Positions 58,868 through 64,000 of a stretch of 64,000 bases of DNA are shown in pieces. The stretch is from positions 6,147,239 to 6,211,238 of the forward strand of contig OZ316893.1 of NCBI GenBank assembly GCA_973895155.1. The letters are read 5' to 3'. Position 1 is the first letter of the stretch, and each line of letters opens with the position of its first letter. The DNA is from Marsupella aquatica (Eukaryota; Plantae; Marchantiophyta). The notes under the pieces are model-generated. The model ran no database searches, was not told the DNA's origin, and saw only the letters and a list, made by a program, of their open reading frames with translations. A program made the translations under genes and the position numbers.

Positions 58868-61510
58868 ATGTCGCACACGATCCTCTCCAGCTCGGCCATT
58901 CGATTCTGGACGCAGTTCCTATCTACCGGAAGGCACTTGGCCGATTCATTGAAACACGCCAACCCGCGCCGATACGAGATCGAACGCGAATACGAGAGAG
59001 CCATCCGCCTAGCAGGACGACACCACTACGTCCTTAACTTTGACTACCCATCTCAGAGCGAGCTTTACCGACCAGCTGAGGTATTTGGGTACTTCTTTGA
59101 CGGAGACAAATATATCGGGTTCTGGGAAGCATTGCTTCGGCTTCCGGACGAGGTCTTCAATATCCCGGGTACAATCGACCTGCAGCGACATCACTTCGAC
59201 CACATCCCTGCCCAGGTTCGGGCAGTCATTAACGGCGAGTCCAGTACCAACCGTTCGACAAGGGCGTCCGCACTCGCTTCGGAGAACTTCTACCAGCACC
59301 TACAGAGCTTCATGGGAACTCGGCCATCAACCAACATGACCAACTCAGCCGTACCCGTACCCGTACCCGTACCCGTGCCCATGCAACCTCAGCTTCAGCT
59401 TCAGCCTCAGCCGCAGCCTAGCCAAACCCCACCACCTATCACCCAGCCAGCACAGGTACGCTCCGTCATCAACGCTGTGGATCTTAGCGATGACGACGAG
59501 GCTACCCCACCCTTGACCAGGCGGCCCAGAGGAACAAGCGCTCGGGGGGCCGACACTATATCGTCCCCACCCCCTGCTCTGACCCCAGGAGCGGCCCCAG
59601 CAGACAACATGGTGACCGTGGCCGCCCCGGGCCCGTTACCAACCGCAGTGGCACTCCCCAGGCCCGATCGGGAGGATGGGGAAGTATCACCTTCCCCGAG
59701 TCAGTCACGGGGAAAGAAGAGGAAGGAATCCGCCAGTGCATCCGGGTTACCGTTGGCCACGGTAGCCGTAGCCAAGGTAACGATGCATCGCATGGGGGAA
59801 AACGTTCACAGCAACATCCTCCATCCCAAGCATGCGGTGTACCTGAAGACTCAGGGATTTGAGCACCTCGCCTCTCTCCCCTGGAACACTTGCAGGTACT
59901 ACGGGGAGGACATGACAGAATTCATCAAGAATTATGACGACGTACGTCAACAGACTCGGTTGCGGGGAAGGAATATGTCCCTCACAGAAGAACGGCTCAA
60001 GATGATCTTCGGGTTACCCAAAGGTGACCATCGAGTCGAATCACGGGCTCCCGGGGGCAAGGGGGCCAAGTACCAATCTTCAAGTTTTCCCTCAGAGGGA
60101 TCAGTAGACAACGGGTTCGTGATGAGGACCTGCCTCATGCCCGAGATAGCTAAGCGGCTGGAGTTCCAGAGGTACGCTCTCCACATGATGGAACCCCGGG
60201 GGGAGATCTCCGCCGCCCAGGTCATCCAGGTCGAGAACTATCGACCTAGGAAGTGGGCGTCGTACTTCGCTAAGAAATTCCATGAAGAGATGGAGCGGCG
60301 AAGGAAGACGCTGTACATTGGCGGGAAGGCGTATTTCGCTAGCCACATCGAAATCATTCTTGAGTGGTACGCCCGGTTTGATCGACGAACCCTTCCCCGC
60401 ATCAACGTTACAAAGCTGGTCCCAGCTAGGTGGGTTTTTCCGGCATTGGAGAGACGGCCCCAACCCGAGGCCCGAAGTCCAGTGGACACGCCAGCTTCAC
60501 CCACCCCACCTCCACAAATAGCTGTAATCGTAACCGAGGAGGCGCCGGAGGGGTCGGTCGTCGCAACCGTTGATGCGACCCAACTAGCCGGGCTAAGTAC
60601 AGAAGTTGGTACGGCAGAGGTCTTACCCGAACCCGGGTCTCCCAAGGACCCGCCGGTGGCAATTCCGGAGAACCGGACATCGCTGCAGGAGGATACTCCG
60701 GCCCCTTCCAACGTTATATCCCCAGGGCTGGACGTCACTGCCCCGGCCCCTGCGCGTGTTGATGTCTGCCCGTGCCCAAATCCGGACAGGCACAACTTGG
60801 ACCACCCGGAACTCTTCGTACAGGGTACGTTTCTGAACAGGCTTCTGGGAGATTTCTCTCATCAAATTGTCCGGGATACCGGGGAGTTCATGGCTCGGAA
60901 GGTAGCCTGTTTCTTCAATCAGGAGTTGGTTGCCGCCGTAAAGGCAGGGCGGGCCCAGTCGGAGGCTCTTCAGAGGATAGAGCGGTACCGGGTGGAGTCC
61001 GTGTACCTAAAGAACGAAGTGGCGGCTCAAGAGGCTGAGCTTCTGCAACTACGACCCAAGGTTGCAGCCGCCGATGAGTTGTTAGCAAAGGCGTACGCTC
61101 TTACCGCCCTAGCCGAACAGGCCAAAGCTGGGAACGAGGCCGAGATTACACGACTCCGGAACCAGATTGACAGTTTGAAGAAACAAGTTGTCACCTGGCA
61201 GAAAGACCTGGAGGAGGCCGAGGAGCGAGCCCAGCGAGACGCGACGGAGATAGCCACGCTACAGGCTGAGATGGCGTGGCTCCAAACCGAGGCCGAGAAG
61301 CAGGACCAGCTGGCGAGTAAACTGGCGAGCGACGCCCAGCAGCTGGAGGAGGCATGTCAGGAGGCAGCAGAGGAGACGGACGCGGCGAGGCGAGAGAACG
61401 AATCTCTGCTGGACCAGGTCCAGCTCCTCAAAGCGGACAATGACAGGCTTCGAAGGCAGCGGGATGGCCGTTCCCATTCGGGCGGCTCTGGCAAGCGTGC
61501 CAGGCATTAG
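58868..61510 (+). CDS. 880-aa retrotransposon accessory protein encoded within the LTR (Pro-rich, NLS-like motifs, plant-transposon-protein-like core, coiled coil)
   Basis: Uninterrupted ORF. RGKKRK and GKRARH basic motifs. Core LASLPW..MTEFIKNY..LRGRNMSLTEERLKMIFGLPKG resembles the extra-ORF domains of plant gypsy elements. Long heptad E/A/Q/K/L-rich C-terminus. Confidence 0.85.
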   Translation: MSHTILSSSAIRFWTQFLSTGRHLADSLKHANPRRYEIEREYERAIRLAGRHHYVLNFDYPSQSELYRPAEVFGYFFDGDKYIGFWEALLRLPDEVFNIPGTIDLQRHHFDHIPAQVRAVINGESSTNRSTRASALASENFYQHLQSFMGTRPSTNMTNSAVPVPVPVPVPMQPQLQLQPQPQPSQTPPPITQPAQVRSVINAVDLSDDDEATPPLTRRPRGTSARGADTISSPPPALTPGAAPADNMVTVAAPGPLPTAVALPRPDREDGEVSPSPSQSRGKKRKESASASGLPLATVAVAKVTMHRMGENVHSNILHPKHAVYLKTQGFEHLASLPWNTCRYYGEDMTEFIKNYDDVRQQTRLRGRNMSLTEERLKMIFGLPKGDHRVESRAPGGKGAKYQSSSFPSEGSVDNGFVMRTCLMPEIAKRLEFQRYALHMMEPRGEISAAQVIQVENYRPRKWASYFAKKFHEEMERRRKTLYIGGKAYFASHIEIILEWYARFDRRTLPRINVTKLVPARWVFPALERRPQPEARSPVDTPASPTPPPQIAVIVTEEAPEGSVVATVDATQLAGLSTEVGTAEVLPEPGSPKDPPVAIPENRTSLQEDTPAPSNVISPGLDVTAPAPARVDVCPCPNPDRHNLDHPELFVQGTFLNRLLGDFSHQIVRDTGEFMARKVACFFNQELVAAVKAGRAQSEALQRIERYRVESVYLKNEVAAQEAELLQLRPKVAAADELLAKAYALTALAEQAKAGNEAEITRLRNQIDSLKKQVVTWQKDLEEAEERAQRDATEIATLQAEMAWLQTEAEKQDQLASKLASDAQQLEEACQEAAEETDAARRENESLLDQVQLLKADNDRLRRQRDGRSHSGGSGKRARH

Positions 61511-62423
61511 CGGCGGAGTAGGAATAGATTAGGATTAGGATTGGCTTAGTCAGGCTCTTGGGACTGGCACCTGCCTTAGGTACGGCAGCGCTGCCCTGCT
61601 GTCCAGCCTGCGTAGATTAGGATCTTCTAATAAGACACAGCCGTTTTCCGGCCTGACTGTCAGCCTTAGTTAGGACCTTGGTCAGCAAATCTTCGGCGGG
61701 AGGACACCCCGTTCCTCGGCTCTTAGTATTTAGTGCACCCCTCGGTAGAGGCAGGGGGGGGTTTTTAGTTTCAGAGTCGGACATCCGCGGGACATGCGGG
61801 GAGTCCCGACCTCTGGGAATGACAGAGTACCAAGGGGAGGGGGTAGGACTAAGCTTGCCGGGCGAGTGCGGAGCCGGGCTCCGTTGTAGTGTGCACCCTT
61901 GGCCTTGAACCTGTGCATTCCAGGGCTGTCGTGTCAACTAAGTGTACGCATATGTTCCCTTTGTAGTAAAAATCCTTTCCCATCATTTTTCCTTCGTGTA
62001 AATCGAGATTGTATGCATGTGTGCGCATATGTGTGTGGGTTTCTCGTATATGGGTGGCAGTGCCGGGCCGAACGCACTACCCGAGACGTGCACAGGGTGC
62101 AGCCTGCGGGTAAGTGGTTGCGAGCACGGGTTGAGGACCTGTATCATCGAATCCGGATCGAAGGCGGACAGCACGAAGGCTTAGAAGCCCTTAAGCCGGG
62201 GTCGATCCTGCTATCGACTAGGGTACGTTCCGGCGGCGGAACACAAACCATACCTAGGAGGTGTCCGTATTTAGCAGTATGCGCACTTAGCGCTAGTTTA
62301 CGAGAATAAGGTGCATTACGTGCTTCCCTTCCTGCCCGAACCCTCAGATTTACGAGGGATGTGCCCGTCTAAGCTGAAGTCTGAGTTAAGGCCGAAGCCT
62401 ACGACGTGACATAGCCTTTGTTT

Positions 62424-62440
62424 TGGCGCTAGATGGAGGG
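62424..62440 (+). promoter_or_regulatory. Primer binding site, tRNA-Asn type
   Basis: TGGCGCTAGATGGAGGG is complementary (1 mismatch) to the plant tRNA-Asn 3' end CCCTCCTTCTAGCGCCA as recalled; 12 nt downstream of the LTR end. Confidence 0.75.
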
Positions 62441-62534
62441 GGCACTCTACATATCGTAGAGGGGAGACATGTGCGTATTCACCTAGGCAGGATACATCAG
62501 GACGTAGTACTAACCATTGCATTTATATGAGTAA

Positions 62535-64000
62535 ATGCCCGTCACTCGTTCTCAAGCAGCTTACTTGAGGAGATTGACCAGCGAACGAGAAAGTGCAACC
62601 ACAACAAGCTCCGACTCGTCGGGCTCGGAGGACTCGCAATCGTCCCGACGTATGAACATACCCCCGGGATCTTCGGGGTCCGGTTCGACCGGCCCTGCTG
62701 CGGTTCCACCACCACCACCACCACCACCACCTATGGCAGCCGCTCCACCGGTGGCCCGCGCTGCTCAGGCGCCTCCACAAATATCGCAATGATCGCGATT
62801 TCATTATCGACCTTTCAAAGGGCGTCATGGGGATGATCCGGATGAATGGTTGGATGAGTTTGAAGCCACTGCTAAAGCTAATGGGGAAGACGCCATTAAG
62901 CTAACCGTCCTCCCGGGAGTAATGCGGGGAGAAGCTCGTCCATGGTACAACTCGTTACCACCCGGGACTACCTGGGCACAATTCCAAGCTGCATTGCTGC
63001 AGGATCAGAACAACGTTCTCTATTAAAGATTGGCCAGCTTCGCATGGGAAAAAAAGAGTCCCTGCGGAAGTTCATTCAAAAGTTTCAGAAACTTGCGGCC
63101 AAGATCCGGCCCAGGCCAGGAGACGCGCTCCAGCTTACATGGTTCCTTCATGGTTTGCCCACGAATATGCAATTCTGGGTACGCCAGAATAATCCAATTT
63201 CAATGCAGGCGGCCATAGCGTGCGCCGAAACTTACCGGGAGTCCACCTATAACTCCCGGCGGAGCCAGCGAGCACGCCGCAGGAAGGGTAAGTACGAAAC
63301 CTTCAGTGACAGTGACTCCGAATCGGACGACGAGAGGAAGAAGAAACGGAAGAAGAAGAAGAAACATCGTTCGACCTCGTCCAGCTCCGAGACGGAATCC
63401 AGTTCGGATTCAGCTTCAAGCATCGGATCCTCTACCCCCAGTTCATCAGGAAGTGACTTGGAGAGCGAAAGCCGGAGCAAAAAGAAGAAGAGACGAGTGA
63501 AGAAGGAGGGGAAGATTAAAACCCCGGGCGCGAAGAACGATACCAGATCCAAAGGCTGCCGAAGCAGACAAGCTGAACGAAATCACGGATCGACTCAAAG
63601 CACTGTCAGTACATCTTGCGGAGAAGCCGGTGGAGAAGAAGAAGCCATCTGAGATTCGAGCCCATGCGTGGTGTTCAAAGTGCTTCCAATCCGGCCATGT
63701 GGTGCAGGAATGCCCAAGGTGGAAGAACCGAGTTCACCAAGTAGAGCTGGATGATGTTGACAACCCGGGCCCCGAATCGGAGTCCACGGAGTATTTCTTT
63801 GAGGACCCCTCCTGATTCCGTGTACCAGATTTCAACGGTTGGTCCGCGTAATTTAGCGGGTAGAACTGCGTACCCCTACCCAAGTAATGGCCGGAGTTTC
63901 CAGGTTATCAGTAACCCGAGCATCCCTCCTAAGCCAGGGATTTGGCGGTCCCCGGTTTGTTACAACTGTGAAAAGCCAGGACACTTTGCGAGGGAATGCA
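62535..64000 (+). pseudogene. Gypsy gag, frameshifted, running off the window
   Basis: MPVTRSQ start; FKGRHGDDPDEWLDEFE..GEARPWY; LRMGKKESLRKFIQKF..WFLHGL; zinc knuckles CSKCFQSGHVVQEC and CYNCEKPGHFAREC; segments lie in different frames with stops. Confidence 0.85.

Larger units (their letters stand above)
58401..62411 (+). repeat. ~4.0-kb 5' LTR of a Ty3/gypsy (Tat/Athila-like, non-chromovirus) element
   Basis: TGTGACGCCGCCGG...CCTACGACGTGACA with ~20-bp imperfect inverted termini; 3' boundary independently fixed by the inverted copy; followed by a PBS and gag. Confidence 0.75.

Overview
Eukaryotic, repeat-dense window from a land plant, probably a non-seed lineage such as a bryophyte (inferred from the TE repertoire, not proven). 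No confident host gene, rRNA or tRNA is visible. The window is a nest of transposons. (1) An intact Ty1/copia element (9131-14373) with identical-looking LTRs and a TTTAG TSD. (2) A probable solo LTR and a long-TIR foldback element. (3) A decayed Sola-like (DN..NKN..GHTH) DNA transposon whose minus-strand transposase is paired head-to-head with a spliced ORF carrying a ParB/Srx-like motif; palindromic repeat arrays sit in the spacer and the introns. (4) A ~19 kb CACTA element (TnpD and TnpA-like genes) carrying an EDM2-type triple-PHD module, with an intact Bianca-type copia inserted in a TnpA intron. (5) A ~578-bp tandem array. (6) A second Sola-like element with an intact spliced 1099-aa transposase and the same divergent second ORF. 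(7) A Ty3/gypsy family whose ~4.0-kb LTR itself contains an intact 880-aa ORF, inserted in inverted orientation into another LTR of its own family. The best novelty candidates are the protein-coding LTR, the two-gene Sola-like plus ParB-like transposon with palindromic sites, and the EDM2-PHD cargo of the CACTA. All domain calls are by eye from motifs; no database searches were run.
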